Assembly (NCBI RefSeq): GCF_036365525.1
Contig: NC_090384.1
Span: 85,408,413-85,472,412, forward strand
Origin: Heterodontus francisci
Taxonomy: Eukaryota
DNA: 64,000 bases
Direction of reading: 5' to 3'
This document shows positions 49,880-63,246 of the stretch, piece after piece. A model generated the notes under the pieces. That model did no database searches. It was not told where the DNA came from and worked only from the letters and a program-made list of their open reading frames with translations. The position numbers and the translations under genes were made by a program. How positions within the stretch are numbered: the first letter of the stretch is position 1; every line of letters begins with the position of its first letter.

Positions 49880-50390
49880 GGCTTGTACCAGGAGGTGGAA
49901 GGCCAATTAAACCAATTAATTGTCCAATTGTTGGCCAGTTCCCGCCCCGCTGGCATTTTATTGGTGTCATCATGCGGGGAGACTGCCAGGTGAACCGTGG
50001 TGACCTCCCAGTGTGTTCCGGGAAGGTGGGGGGGTGCAGGGAGAGGGAGGCTCCTTTATGGCTGCTCTATGGCCCATGGAGGGGCTCCTGGAAATGGCTG
50101 CCCTCACCTGCCTGGCGCATTGAATAAAAAAAAGCATATCAGGCCTTCGAGGGTGCCTCAACATGGAGGCACCTTTTTTCCTGCAGTCTCAGTAGCGGCC
50201 ATCTCTATCTCTGCTGGCCCTCTGATTGGACCGACAGCTCTGGGAGGTGGACAGTGGACCCGGCAGCGGCCTCTTAATTGGCGGCCGTCAGTAAAATGCA
50301 GCCGAGGGTCCCGCAGGCTGCCCGCGTGGGCTCATGATCTGATTTTGTTCCCGACGGCGGGACATCATGCCCTTTGATAAAATTCCAGCC
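49880..50390. mobile_element. Partial Harbinger-type MITE
   Basis: Ends TAAAATTCCAGCC; contains family motif ctctgattgg; left end unclear. Confidence 0.6.
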
Positions 50391-50971
50391 AGGCTGTTCA
50401 AACATGCCTATCTTCAAAGGAACATTAACATGTGATGAGGAAGCAATTCATAAAGTTAAAAACTATTCTTAAGGTGACAACAGAAAAGCAAAACAGAACA
50501 AAAATCTACTTCTGGCAATACTAAATGGAGAAAGAACTGAAAAAATGAAGACAAGAATACTCAGCGAACTACTGAATGAAAATAAGAGATCTGTGGAAAT
50601 GTTCTACATTGATGCTTCTATAATAATTTCTAAAATCACAAAAAAAATCAAGCTCTCAAAATACATTCTTATCACACATTTTCTTTTCACATTCTAAATT
50701 ATCTGCAAGCCCAGGCAGTTCTGAAATCTACTGATGTCTGCTCAGATTGCAATGTTCTCTATCTACTAATTTATTGTTCGATCCCTAAGGTGGAAGTCTG
50801 GTCAAGGGTAGTACAAAGTTATTGGAACCTGTCGATTTTGGCTCAATAACAAAACACCTTTGATTGTTCGCCAGTTTGTAACTATTGGCATAACGCTAGA
50901 TAGCCATGACATTTTTAGAATTCCACTCTAGTCAATTTAGATTAGGAAGAAAGTACATTTTTGGCCCAGAC

Positions 50972-51150
50972 TTTTTTTAAATTATTCATTCACAGGGTGT
51001 GAGTGTCACTGGCAAAGCCAGCATTTCTTGCCCATCCCTAATTGCTCTTGAAAAGTTGGTGATAAGCCACATTCTTGAATACAACTGAATGGCTTGCTAT
51101 GCCATTTCCGAGGGCAGTTAAGAGTCAACCACATTGCTATGGGTCTGGAC
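50972..51150 (-). mobile_element. Bipartite SINE-like deletion derivative of the tRNA-headed LINE (5'-truncated)
   Basis: 51079-51148 matches the LINE leader at 32368-32438 and is fused to the LINE 3' tail (50985-51075 matches the reverse complement of 47705-47797). Confidence 0.8.
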
Positions 51151-51162
51151 AGAGTGGCTAAA

Positions 51163-53545
51163 GACACAAGAACACAAAAAATAGCAGAAGTAGACCGTAT
51201 GGCCCATCGAGCCTGCTCCGCCATTCAATATGATCTGGCTGATCTTGGGCTTCAATTCCACTTTCCTGCCCACTCCCTATATCCCATGATTTGCTGTTAG
51301 ACCAAAAATCTATCTATACCAGCTTCAATATATTCAATGATGGAGCATCCACAACCCTCTGGGGTAGAGAATTCCAAAAATTCACAACCCTTTGATTGAA
51401 GTAATTTCTCCTCATCTCAGTCCTGAATGATTGACCCCTTATCCTCAGACTGGGTCCCTGTGTTCTAGATTCCTCGACCAGTGGAAACAATCTCTCAGCT
51501 TCAACTCATTCAAGCCCTTTCAGAATCTTGTATGCTTCAATTAGATCACTTCTCATTCATCTAAACTCCAGAGAATACAGGCCCAATTTACTCAGCCTCT
51601 AAACAAAAGAAAACCCCCTCATCCCAGGGACCAATCTGGTAAATCTTCACTGCACTGTCTCCAATGCAAGTATACCCTTTCTTAAATGTGGAGACCAAAA
51701 CTGCACACAATATTCCAGGTGCGGTCTCACCAAAACCCTGTACAATTTTAGTAAGACTTCTTTATTCCTGTACTCCAATCCCCTTGCAATAAAGGCCAAC
51801 TTGCCATTTGTCTTCCTAATAGCCTGCTGCACCTACATGTTAACTTCGTACGTTCCCCCAAGTCTCTCTGAACATCAACATCTGAACATCCAGTTTCACA
51901 ACTTTTAAAAAATATTCTGATTTTCTATTTTTACGACCAAAATGAACAACTTCACACTTCTCTACATTATACTCCATTTACCATCATGTTGCCCACTCAC
52001 TTAACCTGTCTAAATCTCTTTGCAGCCTCTCTACATCCTCCCTGCAGCTTACCTTTCCACCGAACTTTATATCATCTGCAAACCTAGATACATTACTCTC
52101 CGTCTCTTCATCCAAGTCATTAATATGGAGTGCAAATAGCTGAGGCCCCAGCACTGATCCTTGTGGCACTCCACTATTCACTGCCTGCCAACTTGAAAAT
52201 GCCCAATTTATGCTCACTCTCTCCTTCCTGTCTGTTAGCCAATCCTCCATCCATGCTAATATATTACCCCCTACACCATGAGCCCTTATCTTGCCTATTA
52301 ATCTTTTATGTGGCATCTTATTGAATGCCTTTTGAAAATCCATGCATACGATATCTACTGGTTTCCCTTTATCTACCCTATGAGTTACATCCTCAAAAAA
52401 CTCAGATAAATTTGTCAAACAGGATCTCCCTTTAGTAAAACCATGCTGACTTGTTCTAATCACACAATGCTTTTCCAAGTGCAATGTTAAAACTTCATTA
52501 ATAATAGTTTCTAGTATCTTCACAATGACTGATGTTCAACTAACTGGCCTGTAGTTCCCTATTTTCTCTCTACCTCCTTTCTTGAAAAGCGGCGTAACAT
52601 TTGCCAACTTCCAATCTGAAGGGACCATTCCTGAGTCTAAGGAATTCTGGAAAATCATAGCCAGCACATCCATTATCTCTGCAGCTATCTCTTTTGGAAC
52701 CGTAGGATGTAGGTCATCTGGTCCCAGGGACTTGTCAGATTTTAGTCCCTCAAGTTTCTCCCATGCTTTTTCTCAACTGATATCAATATCCTTAATTTCC
52801 TCACTCTTTTTAACCCCTAAATTACTGCCTATTTTTGGTATGGAACTTGTGTATTCTGCTGTGAAGATAGACACAAACTACTTGTTCAATGCCTTTGCCA
52901 TTTCCTCATTCCCCATGATGATTTCTCCTGTCTCTGCCATCAGGGACCAATGTCTACTTTAGCTACTCTCTTCCTTTTTATGTACTTATAAAAGCTCTTA
53001 CAATCTGTTTTTAGATTGCTGGCTAGTTTACTCTCATATTCTATTTTTTCCTTTTTATCAACTTTTTGGTAGCCCTTTGCTGGTTTCTAAAACACTCCCA
53101 ATCCTCAGACTTGCTACTGTTTTTTGCAACATTGTAAGCCTCTTTTAGTCCAATACTCTCCTTAACTTCTTAAGTGAGCCACGGATGGGTCTTTGTGGAT
53201 GAGTTTTTCTTTTTGAATGGAATGTACTTTTGTTGAACCCTTTGAATGGCTTCTTTAAATGTTTCCTACAGTTCATTTACCCCCATACCTTCCAGTCTAT
53301 TTACCCAATTAATCTTAGCCAGTTCTCCCCTCATACCTTCGTAATTGGCTTTGTTTAACTTTAAGATTCTTGTTTGTGATTGAAATGTGCCACTTTCAAA
53401 CTTAACATGAAACTCAGTGGTATTATGATCACTTTTTCCCAGTGGATCTTTTACTTTGACATTGTTTATTAACCCTGCTTCATTACACAATACGAGATCT
53501 AAGATAGCTTTATCTCTAGTTGGTTCTACAACGTATTGCTCCAAG
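51163..53545 (-). mobile_element. CR1 LINE, ORF2 decayed (APE C-terminus to 3' tail)
   Basis: PTRDKAILDLVL...LGKSDHN, QHGFTKGRSCLTNL, GVPQGSVLGP, RFADD, LVRPHLEYCVQFWSP. Confidence 0.93.
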
Positions 53546-53925
53546 AAACTTCAGCTACTAACCAGCAGTCCTTAGAGAGAGAGCGCTGGAGAAAGCCCAC
53601 ACAGAGAGAAGCAAACATTTTAGTAGTTTAATTTCTGTGGAGCCAGAAGGAGCAAAACACAAACCATTTACAGGTAACATTGCTGAAACAAAATGAGGTG
53701 CAGTCATTTTTCAAGCACAAAGACAGACATCAATTAAAATTAAAACTATTGGGCTGACTTTATGCCCAAAGAGCAACAGTTTTGTTTTTCTGACAAACTG
53801 ATTTGAAAAAAAAACTATAAAAGTATTTACAACAGTTGACATATTACATATTTATTTACTTATTAGGTGAAGCTAATAGAGCCCTTTTATCAGAAATAAT
53901 TGTAGCAAAATAAAAGTAATTCTGA

Positions 53926-54595
53926 GGGCGGCACAGTGGCGCAGTGGTTAGCACCGCAGCCTCACAGCTCCAGGGACCCGGGTTCGATTCTGGGTACTGC
54001 CTGTGCGGAGTTTGCAAGTTCTCCCTGTGTCTGCGTGGGTTTCCTCCGGGTGCTCCAGTTTCCTCCCACATGCCAAAGACTTGCAGGTTGATAGGTTAAT
54101 TGGCCATTATAAATTGTCACTAGTATAGGTAGATGGTAGGGAAATATATAGGGACAGTTGGGGATGTGACAGGAATATGGGATTAGTGTTCTTTTGGGCC
54201 TCCTTATCTCGAGAGACAATGGATACGCGCCTGGAGGTGGTCAGTGGTTTGTGAAGCAGCGCCTGGAGTGGCTATAAAGGCCAATTCTGGAGTGACAGGC
54301 TCTTCCACAGGTGCTGCAGAGAAATTTGTTTGTTGGGGCTGTTGCACAGTTGGCTCTCCCCTTGCGCCTCTGTCTTTTTTCCTGCCAACTACTAAGTCTC
54401 TTCGACTCGCCACAATTTAGCCCTGTCTTTATGGCTGCCCGCCAGCTCTGGGATATATAGGGACAGTTGGGGATGTGACAGGAATATGGGATTAGTGTAG
54501 GATTCGTATAAAATGGGTGGTTAATGGTCGGCACAGACTCGGTGGGCCGAAGGGCCTGTTTCAGTGCTGTATCTCTAACACTCTAACACTAAAAC
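53926..54595 (+). mobile_element. HE1-like V-SINE interrupted by an RTE fragment
   Basis: TGGCGCAGTGG / GGTTCGATTC boxes, V-domain, CR1-like tail. Confidence 0.9.
54190..54452 (-). mobile_element. 5'-truncated RTE 3' end
   Basis: Zinc finger FLCSTCGRACHSRIGLYSHSRRC; perfect 46-bp flanking direct repeat (54144-54189 / 54453-54498). Confidence 0.88.
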
Positions 54596-54779
54596 AATGG
54601 AATGATTACAGATACCTCATTTTGCATATCAACAATAACTATATGATTAAAAATAATTTGTCACTACAATCATTTTCTAAAGAAGAGAAACAAGTTAATA
54701 TGGAATAGTGATTTATTGTGTCAAAAGTATACCATTTACCTGGGGAATGGGCACTTCACTGGGGTACATGCAGTTCATT

Positions 54780-55551
54780 GGCCTGGATTTTGCAGTTAGC
54801 AGTGAAGCAAGGGCGCTCACACTGACCTCAAAGAAAACCTTGCTGAGAAACCGAGCAATCACTTTGATAAGATGTGCAAATGAGTGTAGTGGTAGTCTAA
54901 TGAGGATTCCCAGCATCGAGCTACAGGGATGTCATCAAGCTGCCCAAGCAGCCAATCACATTGAAGAATTCTCACAGACAGCCAAACAGGAAATGAAAAG
55001 CACTAAAATCAAATTACTTAAAAAAAAATTACACCAAGTGAAATAAAAATTTGGACATGCGCATGGAATACAGGTGGAAACTGAAATATCATGAACAAAC
55101 TTTAAAAAATTTTCTTTACAATTATTTTTAAAAATCGTATTTACAAAAAATCTATTAATTAATCATAATGGAGATATTTAACAACATTTCATAAATTTCA
55201 GGATGTTTGTTCATCAGTAGTTATTACTCAGTTTGCTGTGAAAATCTCAATTAAACCTTATTGAACAAGGTTTAACTTTTTCTCGGGTTTCTAACAGTGA
55301 CATGAGAGTAGAAAAGGAGAAGTTCTCCCCAGATCAATTGATTTTGCTGATTGCCAGCTCAGGGGTAGTTGGTAGTGGCGAGGTGTGTCAACAGCACAAC
55401 CTGCAGCAGAGCAATGTATGATAGTTGCCAACCTCAAGAATGCCGTGTTAATCTGCGCTCGTGCTAAATCCTTAAGTTGCTGTCAGATTCAGAGGGGTAA
55501 TGATGGCTAACGCTGACATTTCAGCATCAAATATTCTGCAAATTCTGGACC
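54780..55551. mobile_element. Harbinger-type non-autonomous element
   Basis: GGCCTGGATTTTGCAG ... CTGCAAATTCTGGACC; TSD ATT/ATT. Confidence 0.72.
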
Positions 55552-55970
55552 ATTATATTTCAGCAATCCACAGTCATAGTTGCCAAATCTTTTGACAGCT
55601 AGCAAAGTACATGGGGACTTAGAGATAAAGTTTTGAAATTAAGGGTATTGGCATAGAGTTTATTCTTCACCACCTGGAGACTATTCTAGTGGAACAGATT
55701 GCCCACCCATTGAAAACTCTCCCATCCCTCAAATGGAATAGAAATCGGGCGTGCTGTACAATGGTCAGGTGAGCCACTTCTCTAGCATAGTGCTCAGGCA
55801 GTGAGGACGAAAATCTACCTCAATATGTCCAAACGATACTATCCAAAAAAATAAACAGAACATTACCAAGTTACCACAGGTAATATTTCTTTTTAAAGCG
55901 TTAAGAAGCTCATGTTATATTCCATGTTGCTTCCCCAGTTTATTAAAAATAAAGCTCAATGTTGTCTCAC

Positions 55971-56026
55971 CTCATGTGGAGGAAAGGCAGCCTCATATGT
56001 TCCATTGCCGAGTAACCTATTTAAAC
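55971..56026 (-). CDS. ANO3: Anoctamin-3 coding exon, 56 nt, phase 1-0
   Basis: ttttcttcag|GTTTAAAT...CATGAG|gtgaga; (G)LNRLLGNGTYEAAFPPHE. Confidence 0.95.
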
Positions 56027-58885
56027 CTGAAGAAAAGAGAAACATCCAATTTTTTTCTGAGCAGAAGGCAATGGAAATTTTAGCCAGTACTCATAATCAT
56101 TGCATGACCAAGTAGAATATCCTTTTGCTGATATTAGATAGCAAAAGGTAGATTTTTCAGTGAAGCCATTTTTAAACACTAAATGTTTTGGGAATGCTTT
56201 GCTTGTGAAAATTATTGCACTTCATTCCTGTCTAAAAAAGATCTAGAATACTGATTCTCATGATAAACCATTTTTGCTCTTGTGATCTCTATTTCCAATT
56301 AAGCATTTTCTCGAGATATTCTGTCAGGCACCAACATTTTTCATTTTCTGGAGGATGGAAGCTCCATGTAAGCCCCAGCACTCGCAATCAATTGGGATTC
56401 TATTTATAGATTGAAATCAGAAAGCTCTCATTCGTCTGCTTGCCAAACCATTCAGAGGAGGATGTTTTTCAAAGTGGTATCAGCAACTTAATAGCCCCGT
56501 CAAACCTTTATGTAGATAAAGCAAATGACGAGCTGATTATCAGAAAATGTGGGACAGAACTGCTTCTTAAGCAGTTAGAATTAATTTCTGTTATCTGAAG
56601 CGGATTAAGAATTCTTGGGGCCCCGAGCACAAAGAACGTTCGGGCACTGATCCCACCTTCCCCTCCATGTACCCACCTCCTCTCACCTCCCTCCCCAATC
56701 CAATAAAATGTACGAAGAAATGGGCCCAAAGAGTGTTTCCAAACTGCATCAATAATAAAGATAGTCATATTACTGTATATTGTACTTAAATAAGACTGCT
56801 TATCTTTCACACACACAAACACACACACACAATAGAAACATGAAATAAAACAACTATATTTGCTTTAGGAAATATGGTTACCAAATATGCAACAACCGCA
56901 GACATACATCGCATGTATCATATGTTCGATTATTCAGTAACCTGTGTCTGATAGAAACTGTAAGGCATGAAGCAGTGAAGCTACAGGATGATGTCATTCC
57001 CCCTAACCTCTGGACCCCTGGTTCAAACCAACTCTGCCCCTTTATTATTAGGGAATTTCTTTTCTGTAAAAAGCATTTCAGTTTTCTTAAGCTTCTGAAT
57101 GCCTTTGATTGTAAGGTTCCTCAGAACTGAGCAAACAAATATTGTAATATCTGCTGAACAGCATCAGCAGGATCTCCATATTTAGTTGGTGCCCCTGGGC
57201 ATGGTCCCAATGGCCTGTGCATTAATTGGCCCCTGCCTATTTTACTTTGTGAACTGGATCATTTCTGAAATGTCAGAGCAATCTGCCATTTTTCTTGTTG
57301 CTAAGAAATATTCTTTTACCTCCTGAGCATAAATATGGAAACAAACTCAAATGGGGGAAAAAAGCTAGACATAAACTCTTAAATTAGGTGGTTTGTTTTA
57401 TTGGTCTTTTTTTTTTGCACGCTCGTCAAGCTGAGAAGAATGGAAATATTCTCAATCTTCACAGTCTATGCCCCATGAACCATTCCCAGGTCAGGAAACT
57501 GACAGGATTGGGTGCAATACCAGTTTTACACCTCATCAAATTTTACTCTTTATTCAAGTCAATAGAGGGTAAAATTGGGTGGCGGGGTGGGGAGCAGGGG
57601 TGTAACATTGGCATTCCACCTGATCCCACGAGTTTCCCATCTGGCAAGTTAGGATAAAATGACTCCAGAGAGGCAGAATGATTTGAGAGGAAATTGAATT
57701 GATATGACTGTTGTAAAATACTGATTTACTCCCAGTCTAGGGCCATTATTTGTACAGAGCTAATCAAAGGCTCTGCGGTAACATTTTGTAACAAGTCAGC
57801 AAATGCACCTCAAGCATCAATGTCATGTTGAGCATCTATACAGAAGAAGTGGCTTTGTTATTTGGACCCTGAGGAGAATTACATCAAAATGCTGTTTATA
57901 CTTAATACCATTCATTTATTTGTTTAAAATGTTAAGTAAAAAGGTTGGTTTATAACCAGATCTGGACTTTGAAAACTCATGTAGCAGCATAGGCTATTTT
58001 CCATTGAGCTGCACTACAGGTTCTGTGTTCACTCCTGGGGTTTCACTACAATAGAGATATCAAGCAGGTAAAGGCATACTCTATTCCATAAATGATGTGA
58101 GGTCCTTTTATGGGAGTGGTTAATGTCAATCAACCCAAGGAAATACCCGGTGTAAAAATCCAAAATTTTAACACCTGCTTTGTAGCCTATACACACCTAC
58201 ACTTTCTAACCAGAGCCATTGGGTCTTGGGACTCTGTGTAACTATTTCCCCTCCCTAGTCTTGGGACTGAGGTCAGATGTGACCCCGGAGGTTTGTTAAA
58301 TCAGGGTTTGAGCTTGGAAGCTTCAGTACTGTATGATTTAGTACTATATTGGTCAGTACCTTTATCTAGTAGGCCATTGAGTGTTGTTTTGTGTGGTTAT
58401 GCCTGCAACATAGGCTCAGTTATAAAAATACTGTATACTGCAACAACTTCACTCATATACATAATACATGTAGAACTAAAACAACCGGATGTTATATATT
58501 AAACTACAATTATCTCTGCCTCTCTGTTCAAGGTGGTGACTTATGCAGGGCACTGCTAAGTTGTGGGTAAAACATAACACTTTTCTCCCTGATCCTACCA
58601 TGGATGTATATTTTCTACTAGGGTAACCGGATGGCAACCAGGAATGGCTATCAGGATGACTTTTAGCTCAAATTTGTCAAAACCACCTCCCTTCCACTAT
58701 CTCCACCCCATCTCAGCATAGAAAAAGCCTACCTTCCTGGCTGTATGGCACAGGGTTACACCATATTGTGCATTCACTCAACAAAAAAGATTGCAAATGC
58801 GCTGCAACATTTTTTTATGATCTACGGTTTGTTTAAGAATATCATTGTTCTGTAATTGAAATATAATGGCTTATTAAAACATTAC

Positions 58886-58992
58886 CCATTTTGGATTTTC
58901 CATCTTCATATTTTGTCCTTTGTAACATGTGATGCACTATCCTACTTCTTGTTGAATTACTGAAAAACGTGTCTTTGTTGTTTATGGTGAAG
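58886..58992 (-). CDS. ANO3: Anoctamin-3 coding exon, 107 nt, phase 2-1
   Basis: ctcttcag|CTTCACC...AAAATGG|gtaatg; (H)[35 protein letters not shown](G); anoctamin TFFxxxxRSRIV motif. Confidence 0.95.
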
Positions 58993-59294
58993 CTGAAGAG
59001 GGTTTTTTTCAGGGAAAAAAAAGAGAACGTGAAATTCTATGTTTAAGTTTTGCATGCCTATAGAATAACAAAAGGAATCAAGACAACTGAGGGGCTATAA
59101 TTTAAACTACAAAGCATAAAATGTGACATTCACCAATTTATGAACACCGTCATAACTTCTGAAGTTCAATACAGCCTTGAACTCGCTCTTTGGGATGTGC
59201 CCCATTAATGCAAATTAATACTATTAAAATGAATAGTATTCATATATTTTCAAACTTTGGTTGTGTAATATGCTTATGTGTACAAAATACTTAC

Positions 59295-59426
59295 TGGTGC
59301 ATACGTGCTCTACTGAATGGTGCAGTGTAGCAATCAGTCTCTTCCAGATCTGGTAGAGCCTCTTTATCGAGTTTCATTGGATTTCTTGGCAACCAACTCT
59401 TCAACTGTCGCAGATTTCTCTGAACG
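59295..59426 (-). CDS. ANO3: Anoctamin-3 (TMEM16C) coding exon, 132 nt, phase 2-2
   Basis: ttattag|CGTTCAG...ATGCACCA|gtaagt; translates (x)[43 protein letters not shown](H), matching the recalled ANO3 PDLEExDCYTxPFSRAR segment; in frame with the next exon. Confidence 0.93.
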
Positions 59427-59669
59427 CTAATAAGCAAATGTCAAACTACTGATATTTAAAATGAAATGCACTTAAATAATCCTAGAATATTAGTTTATAT
59501 TTTCATAGTTGCATCGTTTAAAGGTACTTCCATGGTATCAAAACATGCACAAGGATCAATCAGTTATTTTCAAATCCACCAATATTGCAGGCCGAAATCT
59601 ATTTTATTACTAACCATCAGAATAGAGATGATGTTTACCGCTCAAATCAATCAAAGTAAGGATCAAGAG

Positions 59670-60682
59670 GTAGACTGTGGTGCTCCTCAAGAGTCAGTGC
59701 TGCCTGGGGCACTGTTTTTTTTTATATATATATATGTATTATAATATATATAAATGACATTGATCTTGGAATACAGAGTAGAATCTCAAAATTTTCTGAC
59801 GACACCAAACCTAGTGGTACAGCAAACAGTGAGAATGATACAAATTGACAAAGATAGGCTAGCAGAATGGGCAGAGAGGTGGCAGATGGAATGTAATACT
59901 GACAAGTGTGAGGTGATATATTTTGGCAGAGGGAATAGGGAGAGGCAATATATACTCAATGACACAGTTCTAAATAGTGTGCAGGAACAGAGGGACTCAG
60001 GGGTGCATGTGCATAGATCTTTGAAGGCAGCAGGACATATTGAGAGAAGGGTTAGTAAAGCATATGGAATCTTGGGTTTCATAAATAGAGGCATTGAGTA
60101 CATAAGCAGAGAAGTTATGCTGAACCTTTATAAAGCTCTGGTTAGGCCTCAACTGGATTATTGTGTCCAGTTCTGGTCACCACACTTCAGGAAGGATGTG
60201 AGGGTCCTTGAGAGGGTGCAGAGGAGATTTACCAGAATGGCTCCAGGAGGATTTTAGATACAAGGTTAGGTTGGAAAAGCTGGGTTTGTTCTCTTCAAAC
60301 CATGAAGATTGAGGGGAGATTTAATAGACATGTACAAGATTATAACAGGCTTAGATAAGTTAGACAAGGAAAAACTGTTCCCATTATCAAATGGTACAAG
60401 GACTAGGGGACACAAATTGAAATTTCTGGGCAAAAGATGTAGGGGGAGTATGAGGAAGCACTTTTTTACACAGTGGATGGTAATGACCCAGAACTTGCTG
60501 CCCACAAGGGTGGTGGAAGCAGAGACAATCAATGACTTCAAGAGGAAGTTGGATGTTTACCTGAGAGAAATAGACTAGGGCTACAGGGAGTGGGACTGAC
60601 AGCCGAAGAGCAAGCACGGACTTGATGGGCAGAATGGCCGCCTTCTGTGCCGTAAATGATTCTATGACTCTCAATGACTCTA
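59670..60682 (+). mobile_element. CR1 LINE 3' part
   Basis: WAERWQMECNTDKCEVIYFG, LVRPQLDYCVQFWSP, RGDLIDMYKI; (atgactct)n tail. Confidence 0.92.
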
Positions 60683-61914
60683 AAATAAACTAAATATTGC
60701 ACGTGTCCTTTTACTAAAATTGTCTTGAAGTCTTTCTAACACATTGATGTTTAGATTTTTACCTTAACATAATTATTCACTTAGAAATTACTAATTATGT
60801 TTTTGTATCATTTACATGTCTACATAAAATATTTATTTAGTAAAGGCCTGAAATATTTTTCCAGTAATAGTATTGGGGATTGCATGTGTATGGAGAAAGG
60901 ACAGTTTATCAAATGACTAATCTAGGCCTTATGCAAAAGTATTGTCTTACAACCTATACAGCATATTGAACAATGTGTTGAAATGAATGTTACGAAATAT
61001 TGCCAGATGAGCTTTGCTCCAATGCTAATATAGTTAGTTAGGGAGACAGTTAATTTGGAAATGGGTAGAATGCACAGGGACAATTTACTATCAAAGGTTT
61101 AAAAATAATTAAAATGTCCGGTACTGTGGTTTACAGGACAGTAAATCTGGAGGCACTGTTTAAAATTGAGGCTGATTGACATAAAGCACACTTGGTGCAT
61201 TGTTGGCAATAGCTAACTCTAATCATTCACCGAGGTACATCTTGGAACAGTCATTAACCCTATGGCTAGATATTGCATTGAGTGGCTCGTGGTCACATCA
61301 CTCAAACAAAACTTGAGTTTTAACTGCTCTCCCAGTTAATGATCAGTTTTATGAGCCAGTGCCAAAGTAAAAGCCATCAAGGACATGATAAATGTACCTG
61401 AACTTCCTGCTGTTCATTTTGGAAAATTTGTTCCCAACCCTGTGATACATTCCTTCAAAGAAAATTAATAGCATAAAAAACAAGCAAACGGAATAATTCA
61501 CGCAGTGGAGACAAGCATTTAGGGCAGTGTTTCCCAAACTAGAATGCCACTCCAAAGCTGGAATGTGGTGAGCTGGTCAAACGTCGTTCTTTTGAAAAAG
61601 AATTGAAGGGGAGCAAAGAAAAGTATTTTGACATTCATCCTAACACATGACATTGGTAAGTTTGTGTTTCTAACCAGCACAGACAGAAGGTGGCATTTGG
61701 ATATTTGTCTGGCTCATGCCTGACCAATGTAGAAATGTGATATCATGTAGTGCAATCTTGTTCATTTGGGAGGCACCACAGTAGGTCCTTTATCTGATAG
61801 TAAAAGTGCTCCAGCAAATGATATAACTTTGAGTAAACCAATATATCATGGGAGATTAATTTTTGAAGGTCTTTAACAATTTTTCCTGTAAATAAGCAAC
61901 TTGGAAAATCTGAA

Positions 61915-62412
61915 GCCCTGATTTTAACTTGGGGCATGTTTGGGGTTGGTGGGGCTGGTGTGAAGTGGAAGGAGAGCCCCCATGGAATCCTCAGCATGAG
62001 GGTAGGCCACTACAACACCACAGACTCATTTATATTTCTCTGCATGGCCTCCTACACAAAGTTGTGCGAATGATTTAAGAAACAGCAGGCGGGAATGGGG
62101 AATTTGGTGGGATGTCGACACTCCCGGGGACCCAAAGGAACAGTCATCGGTTAGGTAAATGAGGGAGGGGGGAGACAAGTCTGAGCTAACCCTGGCCAAA
62201 GAACAAGAAGGTAAAGCCCAGGGAAAAGGAGGCCCAAAGTTTCTTGGTTGAGCCAGGAGGCACATATCGGCTCTTTTCCTGCTTCTCCTGGGTCACAAGG
62301 AGCCTTAAGAAAATGTAATGTGTTACAATTTGCCTGAGCCTCCCCTAAACTGATGTTGATTGTCACCAGTTTTTGATGTGGGTCTCCCAAACCCAGGAGT
62401 TAAAATCAAAGC
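61915..62412. mobile_element. MITE
   Basis: TIR gccctgattttaact / agttaaaatcaaagc (13/15). Confidence 0.6.
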
Positions 62413-62515
62413 AATGTAAGCAAGCTGGTACTTTCCCATTTTAATTAAGCCCCTACCCGCCTCTACACTGACAGAATCCCAACAGTTGAATTGGCATATA
62501 GTGGGAATATGCCAG

Positions 62516-63020
62516 GGGCTGTATTTTGTGCTGGAAGCAGGGCTTCAGGCACCAGGCCGAAAAAGGCAGGGGAACCCCACCTCTGCCTTTGGATTCCCTC
62601 CCTGCCGTCCCCGGAGCGATCCTCTGGTCTTTCTTTGTTAAAGATTTAGGAGACAGGATCCCTGTCCCTTTAAAGCCCACCTCCAAGAATTGCCAGCCAA
62701 TCACAAGGTCAGCAGCTCAGTAGTATCGGCAATGCCATCAGGCCCAGTGTTGGAGCCCTGTAGAAGAGGTAAGTGAGGCAGGGTCGCCTGGGCCAGTCCG
62801 GAAGGCACTAGCAAGTAGGTTGGGGGATGTAGTCTTGTGGTCTAGGGAAGGAGGGTCCCTGGGGGGGGGGTGAATTGGTTCCCGGTGGTGGCCCTCTTTG
62901 GGAGGGAGGGACCCCCCAAGCCCACAGGGAAAGTGCTTCATTTTACAAGGCGTCCTCCCCATGTAATTTCCTGATAAGCCTCTTGAACTATGTGCTCCAT
63001 ATAGTGGTAAATTTTGCACC
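62516..63020. mobile_element. Harbinger-type MITE, decayed
   Basis: Starts gggctgtatttt; motif tgccagccaatcac; right end taaattttgcacc is weak. Confidence 0.55.
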
Positions 63021-63246
63021 TTCTCTCAGCAAAGCACTGCAGTCTTTCCAGGCAAACAAAAGTACTTCCAAAGTCCACAACTTTGCCTTCGCTCTCATTG
63101 CACTGAACACTGAGCTGGAAAATTTGTAGGTCTGGTATTTTCAAATGACTGGAAAAACTGTTGCTTGAGATGGATTCAGAAAAACACAGCAGAATAATCT
63201 GAAGAATGGTTTCTATGGTGACCAAATTCTCAGAAGCTGACACATA

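Noticed and set aside
55650-57665. Weak palindromic segments (55650-55825, 57520-57610)
   Set aside because: Probably old MITEs, but ends and TSDs cannot be defined
58190-58765. Possible ancient Deu-domain SINE remnants
   Set aside because: Resemblance from memory only; too decayed to support without a profile search
25483-59426. Assignment of the host gene to ANO4
   Set aside because: GLNRLL and YEAAFP resemble recalled ANO4, but [31 protein letters not shown] and FSRAR fit ANO3; phylogeny and synteny would settle it
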